A DNA stretch of 64,000 nucleotides, from contig OZ059896.1 of the NCBI GenBank assembly GCA_964057225.1, positions 8,866,001-8,930,000 of the forward strand, given 5' to 3'. The notes beneath the pieces were generated by a model. That model had not been told where the DNA came from and ran no database searches. It saw only the letters and a list, made by a program, of their open reading frames with translations. Of the stretch, positions 40,889-53,700 are shown piece after piece; position 1 is the first letter of the stretch; each line of letters opens with the position of its first letter. The translations under genes were made by a program, and so were the position numbers. This DNA comes from Auanema rhodensis (Eukaryota > Animalia > Nematoda).

Positions 40889-41962
40889 AGGCGTATAGGT
40901 TTCAAATGTTCAAAATGATATCTAGTTTGGTTACTTCTATCTACAAAACAAAATTACAAGGCTTTAAGAGTCTAATCTGAACAAAACAAAGCTGCAATCA
41001 TCTTTAAAAAACAAACTTCTTTGTTTTTATTTGAATACGAAACGCATATCCTGAGAAGAAACACAGAAAAATACACTTGGCATATTTCTTTATTTGTTCT
41101 AATTCTACTTCTTTATGAAATATCGTTTTTATTCCCAATTAATTCTGCCCTTAAGAATTGGTTAATATAATTATTTGGAAATTCAAATGACAATTATGAC
41201 TTCAAGAAAGGAAAAAGAGAAACTGTCCGAACTGTTAATTGGTCTAAAGACGGAAATGAGAAAAGAAGAAGAGGCAGAGGTGAAAAATGAAGGAATTTTC
41301 ATAAGTGTAATCTGAAGTTGAATAGATTGGGTAGAGGAAGAAAAGATTCATTAAAGTACTCGGAAGACACAGTGAGGGCACAGTGATTGCGCATAGAATA
41401 TTGAAGAGAAAAGGACGTTCCTCTGAACGGACAGTTCTAGTTTCATTCATTTTAGTCCTATTTTAATATTTCTGTTAATATTGTTCAATGTTGTTTGTTT
41501 GTGAATGCTATATTAACTTGGAATAGTTTTAAGATGTCTATACGTTCAATCCTTCGTTGATACCTCGTATTCCTATTTTTGTTGAAGATAATTCAAAAAA
41601 AAATTTTTCTTTAGAAGAAATCTTTAACTAAAAAACCATGACGTCAGTACTTCCGATTCGATAAACCATATTCTAGCCCTTGTCGAAACATTAAATTACT
41701 TAGCTAATTTTTGTTGAAAACTAGATAAGAACCGGAGGAATTACGAAGTTTCCACCTACTAATCATACCTCATAAGATTAACACTTGAGCGAACAAGATT
41801 GAGATTTATGTTACAATAGCTGTATGTATACGTTTCTTGAATTCTCTCGTTTGATTTCTGGACTTCAATCTCTTTTCGTTTTGGTTTGTTCGTCATAAGA
41901 GTTAACTAAACTGATTGTTTTGATGTTTTAAAAATTTAAAATAGCTATTTTGAATATTTCAG

Positions 41963-42612
41963 ATGATTGAAAATGTAACGTTATCATTATCAATGCTTTT
42001 CACATTATTTACAATAACACTAGCTTGCCTTGCGACAGTACCAACTATTCCTACAACAACAACATCTCCTGTTGTTACTACTACTTCAGTAGTAACAACA
42101 ACGGATGCTGAAATAACTACAACTGAAGCTAAACGTATAGTCAACTTAAAGTTTTAGGTGTAATTCTTTTTATTTAGCGGCATGTGCCACATGTACCATG
42201 GATACTATAACATTCATCCCTGCTGATGGCAATGAAGGTTCGATCGATGCTGAGTTCAGGTTAGTGAAAAACTATTTGTATTTTCATTGTTGTGATACGT
42301 TTGAACTCTTCAACATATATATCATGTTGTTTTAGAGTTGAAGAGCCTGATGCTAATGGATGTCTTCGATTAACAGCTATCTGTTCAGCTCAAAATGGAT
42401 TCTTCTCTTTCATGCAATTCAATATCAATCAAGGTGGCCCCCCAGAAAATGCTGCAATGACTGAAGTTAGTAGTTCGCTGATTTTAGATCTTCGATTTGT
42501 ATTTTAGGTTGTAGAAGCAGAATTACAATGCATAGATGGTCTTTGGTATTTTAACAGAGAAAGAGTTGTACGATCAGTCGATTGCACTGAAGCTCCATTG
42601 GGGGGAGGATGA
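41963..42612 (+). CDS. Secreted nematode C6-domain protein with Thr-rich mucin-like stalk
   Basis: Signal peptide, ACLATVP, poly-Thr stretch, then ACATCT...DANGCLRLTAICSA...FMQFN...AELQCIDGLWY...VRSVDC (six-Cys C6 pattern). Confidence 0.88.
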
Positions 42613-42892
42613 ATGCCAATAAAAAAAGATAACTCAAGAACTTAACTTCAAACCTTATATCTTATAAGATGTTTATAGTTAATTCATATAAAATAAGTAT
42701 ACGCTCAATATTTATAATTTACTTAATAATAATTAATTTATTAAAATGTATATTATATATATATATATAACATGTATATTAGTTAATAGTTTTATTAATC
42801 TGTATTAAAATACAACATAAATTTTTAATATATACATATTTCAAATAATCTCTAAGTAAAGCAAATTATATTAATTAAAGCTTCTACAAAAC

Positions 42893-45297
42893 TTATAACA
42901 AATTCAGTTCTCCGACACGCTTTTTTCGAAGTGATGGAAGTGCATTTACTGAGTCAACTATTTCGTTTGGTGTCTTTCCTTTCGTTTCAGGCAGATAGAA
43001 ATATAGTATAACAACTACAATCACCTAAAAAAAATTTCATTAATAAATCAAACTGATGCTCTCTAACCATAGGAGGGAAAAACAAGAGTAAATACGCTTG
43101 TGGCTGTCCTATACAGTTTTTGAGTGGCAAATAGCCTGTAAGTACGAACGAGCGTGTAATACTCATTGCCGTTTGTGTCCATGTACAAGCGGCATCTCTT
43201 GATCTTTGAGAGACCAGTTCAGCTAAATATAGTATAATTATTGTCTTAATGATAAAATTCTATACAAGTGATGAATAGCGATATAGGTCCGGGTCCGGCT
43301 GCAAAACAAAAATTGAAAAAACTGATAGCTATTACTAATCCATAACCCAGCAGAGGATTCTGAATCAAAAAGTTTGCTATGTCAAATTAGTGGGTGTGTG
43401 ATACCTTCGTTGTTTCATAACCGTTCATAAAAATAAAAATGAGAATATTTGTGATTCCAAGAAGAACATTTGTTACTAAAAGAAGATACCGCCGTCCGAA
43501 ACGATCTATGACCGCAGATGAACAAAGAATTCCAATCTGAATCATTCAGTTTTAGCCAAGAGACTAGGAAGTAACTTGAAATTCTAAAGAAAGACTATTT
43601 ACTTACCAAACTCATTAAGCAGATTAATATATTTCCATAAGATGATTGACGAACACTAAGACCAGTAGATAATAAAATTTCGAATGCAAAAGCATTGATA
43701 GCTTAAACAAATTACTTATTATAAAAATATAAAGCTATATTTCTTATCTACCTGCTATTCCACTCATAACCATAGCTAGCATAATTATAACTCCCAATAA
43801 TGTTCCTCTTCTCCCATTTGCATCCTGTAAGACAAAGTTCAGACGAGGTTTGATGCGCTAACTATATTGAATGAAAAAAAAGCTCTTCTCTTCATCTATG
43901 AAACTTGACTTGACAAAAAATTGTCTCACCTTCCACACCTCAAATATACTGTAGGAACTACTTCCAGAATCTTTTTCTGATTTCATTTCATTCATAAGTT
44001 TCTTCGCATCATCTTCCGTTATTTGATGATAAAAAACAATCGATTGTTCACATTCTTTGTATTTCTGTCGACTCAGTAGGTACCTAAAGCAATAATGAAA
44101 TTCTGAACCACTCTGCTGACTAAGATATGGGTGCATTTAGATCAAACATCTCACAAATTGCTAGTTATAATTATAGTTTGTAAATATAACTGACCCTGGA
44201 CTTTCTTTGGTGAACGGTATGAATGCAGCCGCAATACATGTTAGAACAGCTTCCATAGCATATAGTATCCACCATTTCTCTGGAGTTCCAAGTAACTGAA
44301 AATCTTCTTTTTACATTTTAATCAAACTCTTATCGTGCACCGCTAAGCCCGGAATACAATTTCTAGTAAACGTATATTTGAACGAGAAACATTTCGATAA
44401 AATTAAGTAAAATGCTTGATAAAACTTACATGTGGCATAGCAACAATAGCTCCAACTACAAGCCCTGCTTGGAGAAATATGCCTGTCACCATTGATATTA
44501 ATCCACGACAACTTTTGGGACTAAATAGAAATACACAGAAACTCATAGTTAGATCTTTTCAGAATATTACCTACATTCGGCTATGTACATTGGACCGATA
44601 CCCAGAGAGATACTGAAGGCTATTCCTATTAGAAAACGAGATATGGCATAAATTCTGTGATTAGTATACTGTAAAGTTAAATTGAATATACAAGTTATAG
44701 GAAATAACTAACATAATAGCTAGCTATACTTATTAAGCATGAGATAATATGCAGAATATGAGATAACTGAATACCATTTTTTCTACCCAATCTGAAAAAA
44801 AAACACGTCACTTTCATAGTTTTTGTAGTAACAGTTACTTTTGTGATATTGTACTGATTAATAAAGCTCCACAGGTACAACCCCAGAAGAAAAATGATAT
44901 AATTCCTCCCCAATAATTCTATAATATATATGGTGTCATATGAAAAAAATAATAAAATAACTTCAAGGGTGGTACGTTCATAAAACTGCCCTTCAGATAA
45001 TAAAGATTCGTTGATAAATTGGACGAATGCCTTAATATTACCATTAATTTCAAGACAATAATTATTAAAACCTCTTGAGCAGGGTTGGTGATCACAAGTT
45101 GATAACCAAAAGAAAAACTTCCTCCCATAGCAACTAGACAAGACATTGATATTAACTGATTGCTTGGTAATTTCTTTTCATATTTCCTTCTGCAAAAAGG
45201 CTAAATATTGTAAGATAAAAAGTATAAAAGTTTACTTAAATGCAGAAGCCCGAGAATCAGCATGTAATAATGAATCATAAATAGGTTCTTCTTCCAT
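42893..45297 (-). CDS. MFS sugar porter (GLUT/SLC2-like)
   Basis: MGGSFSFGYQLVITNPAQ, LGRKNG, RFLIGI...PMYIAECSPKSCRG, LLGTPEKWW, KESPG, DRFGRR, GPGPI...ELV...R, and FYLPETKGKTPNEI. Confidence 0.93.
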
Positions 45298-45619
45298 AAT
45301 TTCCTCTGAATTATAACTAAAATAACAATTTATATAAAGATAGTAATTATTATGAAATAATATGTAACTACGAATAAAGGGCAGGTTATAAAAACAGGAA
45401 AAAACAACAAAAGCCTGTCGCAATATGTTTCTGTTACAGCGTTTCAAATGTTTTAATATAGAAGAAAAAAAGAAAAGAGAAAGAATATTGAAAGGAATAT
45501 TGTTACAAAATAATCTCATATCAATTATTTTCTTAGGTTTCCTATTATGTATATAGTAAATTAAAGATAATCATTAATATGATATTATTTTGTAACATAT
45601 ATAATATATAAATATTTAT

Positions 45620-45624
<5 letters not shown>

Positions 45625-45657
<33 letters not shown>
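45625..45657. repeat. (TA)n microsatellite
   Basis: Uninterrupted TA dinucleotide run of 33 nt. Confidence 0.9.
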
Positions 45658-45659
<2 letters not shown>

Positions 45660-46328
45660 TATACAACGAATTTTGCGTGATTTTAGAAGTACACCAGATC
45701 GTTTTAACGACAAATGGCTAGACTGATTAGACTATCATAGTAAACTTCTGCTATGAATGGAAAGTAGGTGTTTCTCGAATACATCAAGGCTATTTATAGA
45801 CAAAATGGACGAACGTGATCATGTGAACGAAAAAACATATAAATCTTAGTCTAATGAACGAAATACTGCTGCGATATAGATTTCCGATCAATTTTTAATT
45901 TTCATATAAATTGCATTCTTCTACTGTGCAATGCAATGGGAATTGCATTTCAATTCAAATCATTTATAGAGAATGGGAAGTTCAACTTCTCATTGTGAGT
46001 ACAATTGAAGTTTTCACAGCTCCTATAAAACGAATTCTAAAATTTTGTGGTAAATCTTCAATTACTGTACGTCTTTTTTTTAAAATTATAACAATTATAA
46101 TAAAAAACATAGATCACCCAATGAAGTTCAACAGTGAGAAAATGCGAACAGATAGGAACGAAATGATGTACAGCGAGATCAACATATGATAGATAGTAAG
46201 AGAAGTAAGAAGTGTGTGATTAATTGCTTTTGGAAAAAAAACTATTTTGACCTATGATTATTTCATGATGTCAGAAAAAGGAAAATTTGGACAATACATT
46301 TGAGCTTTGATGATCAACGTGCGTAAAT

Positions 46329-46345
46329 GGGGGTGGGGGGGGGGG
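46329..46345 (+). repeat. Poly-G tract (G5-T-G11)
   Basis: GGGGGTGGGGGGGGGGG in otherwise AT-rich intergenic DNA. Confidence 0.85.
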
Positions 46346-48560
46346 TATTGCGAAATATTTTTATAAGCTTTCGCGATGGTTAAGACAATATTTATAGCTA
46401 ACTAGATATAGAGAACGGGTATTTGGCAATATATCTAATGTTCGGGGAAGAATATTTCGAACATGAATGAGCATAGTGCGGGGAATCAGAAAAATTATTT
46501 AACTGATTACCGCCTACAGTATTTATACCACATGCGTTATCACTGGAATTGGAAACAAAATGCTAATGTGCGAAAAAACAGTTTAAACGTGTATCATATT
46601 TAGTATTATTGTTATGAGTCTATGTTACACTTCAAAGGTAAAAAATTTTTGCCGAACTAACAGATACGCTTGATCACGTGATTTCTTTTGTGTACAAAAG
46701 AATTTGTATATAAAATATTTCTTAGAATTACATATTTATACTAAAAATTGGAAGCTATAGTGAGTCAAAGTAAATCTATTGAAATTTACACAGATTAAGA
46801 ACAGGAAACAAGAATTGTAGGATAGATAAATAAATGTTTACAGTCATCAAATTTAAAGCAAATAGTGTAATTTTTTAAATAGTATTATCTTCATAGTCAT
46901 GTTTTGTTTTGCATAATAGCATAGTCTTTTGAGATTAGAATAAGTCTGCAATTAATTAGAATATGTCAATCAATCATCCACACATGTATTCATTTTAAAA
47001 AAATTATTGACATTGAACGGTTGATATTTCTCAGATGTTTTCATTACTTTTTAAATTTTATGTGGTTTTATTCTGTATGAACTATTGTAGACCGTGAGAA
47101 TATTTTCAAATTATCATATACGTAAGGGAAACGTGTGATTTTTGAGATACTTAATACCAAAAACGGCAGTCTGTTGACCTTTCGTAAACTTTTTGTTCTC
47201 TTCGAAAAATTTTTCTGCCGACTTCATTCATCCAAATATGGCATCCGTGTTCATCGGAAAGTTTTTTTCCTCTTTGCATAGCCTTAAACCTCCCGGTTTT
47301 TTTTACTTCTCTTAGCCTGCAATGAAATCTTTTTTTGAAGAAATCGCACATTTTTCTTTTCACTCCTGATAATCACACTTTCAAACTTTAGCAATTTTTA
47401 TTAATGTTTTATTCACCAATAGTAGTTAAACATTATGCCAGATGAGAGTTTGAATATTACAGATTTCGCTGCTAAATCTACACTAAATTTGAACTTTGCA
47501 AAATGATTTTTGAAATAGTTTATATCTAGGTTTCACTGAAGTACTTCCTTTAGAATCAAATGTGCAGCTGGTACTTTTGTGAACACGTGGGAACTTTTCG
47601 AAATAGTATTTTCGCCATCACATGCATGTTTTTAAATATTTTGAAAGCGCTATTTCTCATTAATGTTGGCTTAACTTCTACTTCTCACTCTTTTGGTAAT
47701 ACAACAAGCAAAGTTTCTATCATAAAATGGTACTTTTTTCAAGCTTATTATCGTACACTCTGTCTTCAGCTCCAATATTTTTCTTCTTTTTTTTTTCGAG
47801 ATTGAATTTTCTAAGAAATATTCCTTTTAAAACGGATATTCCTTAGAATTTTGCAAATTCCATAACATCTGTGATACCCGGTAACGTTTAGACAAATGCA
47901 TTACGCCGAACTAACCAAGTAACACATGTCCGTACTTTTTGTCCTTTTCGGGCGCGGAAAGAATACTTCGCCACATCAGAGAGATTCATTTAGTCGGAAG
48001 AGCGAAGTGAGTATCTTCATGATGTTGTGATCTTTATTTTGATCTACGTCGATATCATCTACTGACACACAAATTTATCCTGACGTCTTAAATGTGTTCT
48101 TAAATTATCATATTCCATTTCCGGTCCATACCAAGAAACTACAATGTCTTCATGTGCACATTGATTTTTACAATATATCATTAATCGTTTATAATTTTTT
48201 CAAATGTAAAATACAGACCTACTTAGCGCTGCCTATTGAATGTTCATTAGTCACGGCCTTTTAACCTCTCCCTCACCTTTGCAGAACGTTACAGCTTGCA
48301 CCAACATTTTAAAGTTCATATTGTTATCATAATACAATCGCATATCCCTCAACTTGTATCTGAACGTGTTCTCATATTTGAAAACGTATTTATATCTTTA
48401 CTATATATTATATCAAGATATAACTGAAATAATATACTTTAAAAAATTATCGTCTGATTCGTTTAATTGAATATTTATTGTTCCGTTTAATATGAAGCTT
48501 TTTAGTTTTCTAAATCAACTATATGGTATATTTATAAAGTGTTATATTGCTTCAGGTGTA

Positions 48561-49909
48561 ATGACCATCGATAAAGAATACATTTCAACTAAATTCTCCA
48601 TCAGATGGTTATTATTAGTGGCATCATTACTTCATGAAACAGCATGTCGTCCACAAACAACTGGAAGAAGTATACAATGGTTTCCTGATAGTGATGAGTT
48701 AGAAAAATTTGTTTTTGATTCTTATAGTTATTTCTATGTTCAGTTTCTCAATCACGCCGTTTGAAATCAGTTTGAATCAAGGAGATATTGTAGAGTTTGT
48801 TTGTAAATCTGAATATCCTATGTCATTTTATCGTGTACGTTTTCTGCTGTTATTCAAAGTTAAAATTTTACTTAATTCAGGTAGAAAAAGAAGATTATAA
48901 TTCGTGTAGGAAAACAATTCATAGTACAAATTTAGGTTCATGTGATAATGGTAGTCTTAAGGTAATTATAAATAGTATTGTATATTTCATTATTATTTTT
49001 TAGGTACATAGAACCTTAAGAGGTGAACCTAGTCCAAATGACATTGTTTGGAAGTCGGGAACTTACTATATTATTGGTAAACTTTCAACATCCGCAAGCC
49101 CATTGTTCATTTTTTCTTTACAGCTGTGGATACTGTCAATAAGCTTCCATATTGCAGAGAACATGGCCTCCGAATGATGGTTTGTTTTGGTCAATACAAT
49201 ATCGTATAGGGTTGTGTTTACAGTTGAATGTTCTTGGAACTGAACAACCGAAAATCAGAACTACTACGGAAATAATCCCAACAACAACTTCTTATTCACG
49301 TATTCAAAATGTTTGTCTTGTTTATTCTTCAAAAAATTACTTTTTTTTTAAGATTTACCGAGATTATAAAATCCGAAACAAAAAAACCACTGATAGGAAC
49401 CCGGCCTTACCCGCTTTTGCTGAGCGTATTAACTCAGGGAAGCCGTTGTCTCCTCAAGAAATATTGAATGGACAATTGGTATGTTTTTTTTATTCTTTAA
49501 GTTTTTTATGAGTTCCTAGAGTGTATTTTGAATTTTTAATTTAAATTATTTGAATTCTTAGACGTTAGTAACGTGTATCACTACACCCATTAAGAATGGC
49601 TCGGAAAACGAAAAAGAATCAACGCCAAAGAAAGGGGTGAATAAATAGTTTCCACTGAAAAGAATATTAGCGAATTTCTTAGGTTTTCCTGTATTTTCGT
49701 ACCAATAATTTTATTTTAGGCAGCTTGCATAATGTTAAATCCTTACTATTCATCGGCCCGATCAATCGATTTAGTGGGAACCGCGTATTTACCATTATTT
49801 GAAAGTAAGATTCTCATTGTTTTTAATCAACTATAATTTAAATTATATTGCAGATAGTGCTGCTTCTTTAGTCGTTTTTCCTATTCTAGTCGCCTTCTTT
49901 AATCTTTAA
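48561..49909 (+). CDS. Divergent GPI-anchored ephrin-like protein (efn-3-like)
   Basis: Hydrophobic leader; IQWFPDSDDFS...GDIVEFVC...FYRVEKEDYNSC...LGSC...GTYYII...YCREHGLRMMLNV, with four ephrin-domain Cys in the expected spacing; Thr-rich stalk; GPI signal NSAASLVVFPILVAFFNL*. A likely non-coding first exon ends at the GTGAGT donor near 48007. Confidence 0.78.
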
Positions 49910-50704
49910 TAATGGTTGTATAATCTATTATGTACAGTTACTACAGACCATAGTAGTCAATCAGTTTTCTTAATTACGCATTTGTTTAATCTTAATAATT
50001 ATAATTGCTTGGTTCGTGTGAGTATAATCACACTTCGTAATATTTACCGATACATCTTTCACCCTTTGTAACTTAACTTTCCAGTTTATAGGAAAGATTA
50101 ATTTATTACCACTGTGTTCGTACTGTCAGCATGTCTAGTTTAGTTGGTTCGGTTTGATCTTTTATGTTTTATTTCAAAAATTTAGTTTTGCACAGATTGT
50201 GAACTCTAGAGCGGTTACTTCATATCGCTTAGTTTTAGTTCAGTGTTTTGCTTGTTTAATTGTTATATTAACAGTATCTTTATAGCCGCTTATAAATGTC
50301 TAACATTTAAAAAGTTTATTTCGAGTTTAGAAGATATCTTCAATATAAATAATACAAAACATAATAATAAATCACAGTTGAACACTTGGATTGAAGTGAG
50401 AGCAGGCAGATAAGACATGCAGTAGAGGAAATAAGTGCTCGGAATAATCAAGCTGAAGAACTAACAATGGCACCTGGTTGCAAAATAAGAATGAAAGGGG
50501 TGGTTACAAAGAGTTGATAACTCTGTAAACAAATGTTGAATTTGCTTAAAATATGACCCGTGAAATAAGATACTAGACTGATAGTGACGAGTAATAGAAG
50601 TTCTTGAAATTTGTCTGTAAATAAACTCATTATGAGTCTTTGAAGCCGTGCACCGGACTGATCAGCTTTTGGCTGTTCAAACGGCTTCATCTTGAAGTTC
50701 TCTA

Positions 50705-53700
50705 CTATAAAAAGTAATATGAAAGAAGTCCTATAAAGACTATCGTTGATAAACCAATAGAAGTAGAACTATCATCTGGAAATATATTTTGTTAGCAGAA
50801 AACTGTTGAGCACCTACCATCATTTCCAGAATCATCTTCGTTATGTATTATATACATAACAGGAGTAGTTGGAACATCATCACGACTGAAATAACAAATT
50901 TAAGAATTTTAAAGCTTTCACTAAGTTTTACGTTAATGTGCGAGCGGCAAACTTGGGATTTATTTGATCTCGTCGTGGATGAATTTCAAACTTTACTTTC
51001 ATTTGTTTATGTTCGCATAATCCACCTTTTTTATTTGCGATACCTTCTAATTTTCCATTGGATGTAGCTGAAAAAAAAGGAATAAGGATTTAAGTTTTTA
51101 AAAGTAGTTGAAAACTTACAAATCATATAATAAGTCTGGCCCGGCACAAATTCCAAACCACCAGGAATGGGCGAAAAGTGTCGAAAAACTAATTGTATAG
51201 AAAACTAAAATGATATAATCAAAGTTTATATAATATTTATTGAGTTCTTACATCTTTTTTAGTTTCGTTGTTGCATGAACCTATGAAATGAGGATTAAGA
51301 AGTACGCAATGATTGTATTCATCTTCGGATACCTGAAAATAAGAAAACTATATAATTCTTTTCTGAGCATTTTTTCAAAATATTCTGGTAAAACGAGAAC
51401 AGATATTATAATCCCTCTGGAATCAAAATCACTGTTCAGCTTATGTGATTGACTTGGTGGTGGGGATGGCTGATCCGGAAACGACGGCAAAGGGTCGTTA
51501 GTTAGTTATTCAATGCTTTTCCGTCTTTCTGTGGAGCCGAAAGAGAATCAACTGAGAATGATGTTCATTTCAAAATTTTATAAGCTTTTGTCCTTGAATT
51601 ATGTTTCATCACATGATCATGAAATAGTGTTGTATAGTACTAGAGTTAATCCATTTTGCGCAACAACTACAGTTGCTATATTCTCGAAAATTTTTAGGAA
51701 AAAAAAGATTTGCTAGTGATTCAAAAGCATTTAATGAATTCAGTGTTCGCGCAACCTTTTATCTTTGGAAGTTCAATCAGTTTGGTTGCACACATGTTCT
51801 ACGTGACCTTTTGACGTTACCCCAAATAGTACAAATGAATAAAGTTACCGAAATAGAGGAAAGGACAATTCAATCGCAAATTTTCATTTAAAGTTAGAAT
51901 CTCTTATCTATTTTAATATTATTTATATTCTTACTTTCCCCCTATATCTAGAATAAAGTAAAATACATCTCAATCATTCTAGTCGTTTATTAGATATCCG
52001 GTATCCATTGAATTGAGCTCAGTAAAGGGTCAGAGGGTCAATTTGATTAGTTTCACCAGAGCAAGATTGTGATTATAGTATGAAGATATATAGAAGAAAT
52101 CGAAGAGAAACATATCTTCAATCAATGTTGTCTGTTTTGGATGTTCTTCACTTATGTTCTTTCAATATATATACAGAGATATATCTCTATGATTTAGATG
52201 AAACATGTTATTTTCTAATAAAAACGTGCGTCACTCATAAACAAACTGTTTGAAGATTTACTTCTTATTCCTTTTAACCCACAAAATAGTTATTTTTAGA
52301 TAAATACATAATGAGTTGTGTATAATACACCCCAGGGTTTCGTGACAACGATGTGTTGAAAATTTCAGGTCATTATAAGTATAGTTAAGGAAATAACCAA
52401 TTAGTAGCCAACAATAGAATCTATTCAACATGAACAATTCGCAAATTATAATAGTAAATATATAATTATAACTAAACGTATGCCTATGTTTAAGTTTAAT
52501 TGATTTAATATACACTAAATCCCACACAGTAAATCAAAGATATTTGTATCAGATAATATTATACTAAGCATACTTATATATGAAGAATATCAAAGAATAT
52601 TTGATCATTACCTTTAATGAAAGAACGATCCACTTAAACTTGTATGTACAAGTGGTCGGATTGTCAGTCAACGAATACATATAAGCATTCAAAGTGATCA
52701 GAAGCATATGTATTACTAAGTTTACTTTGCGGATTTGTCTTTGAATGAATAGGCATAAACTTCGTCATCTACTTAATCAGCTGAGATAAGTAGATGTATA
52801 ATCAGATGAGATAATCATAATAGAGGTTAAAGAAAGATACTATTTGATCATTTCTTATGAATAGCACATCATATACCCCTTCAACATATTTTATAAGATA
52901 TTCGTATAAGACTAGGTTTCATTAAATCATCGAACTTTATAGCAATTTTCGTGTATAATTTCCGAAAACTCAAAAAATATCGGTAAAACTGGACAGATCT
53001 AAACGTATATAGAGAAAGATACAGATATATCATCTTTTTCGTCTCTTAAAACTAGTATTATATTATGCAAAGTCAGTATACACATTCAATTTGCATAGTA
53101 AATACAAAATAAATTATTAGAAATTATTTCAAACATAGCAAGTTTTATATTACGAGATTGAATATTGCTCAATTATCTCGTCACTATTCTTTCATTTTTA
53201 GAAATAAAAGTTGTCTACGTCAACTATCTTTTCAATGTAGAATACAAGTCCCTCATTTGATTCTGACTGCTAGCGTCAGACTTACATCATCATCATCATC
53301 ATCAATCCCGTCGCACACTAGTAGCTTCCTTTTCACGTCTACACGTGAGCTGTAGAGGTCATCTCTTTCATCGTATAAGGCTCATCTGTCCACCTCTACT
53401 GAGTAGTAATTTTGTCTTTTTTCGGTCAAATCATCGTCAAACATGTGTCTTCCAGCTGACAGACTGAATTTCTTTGTGGGCGAGAAATAGACAACGCCAT
53501 CCGACTGTCTTTGATCTGAACCGGTTCAGAAGGAAAACGATTACTGTCTATTCTGATGAAGTTCATGTGAATGAATGATAGAGTTCCTTTATTCCAGAAG
53601 ACTTCTGATCTAATTGATGAAAACTATCCTAATGCCAGGGTTGTTTTGTCACACAAACCAGACAAAACGGGATAAATACGGCAAATCAATCAGGAACGAG

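Noticed and set aside
53515-53530. Perfect 16-bp palindrome TCTGAACCGGTTCAGA
   Set aside because: Single copy, too short for a miRNA hairpin or MITE, and no target-site duplication.
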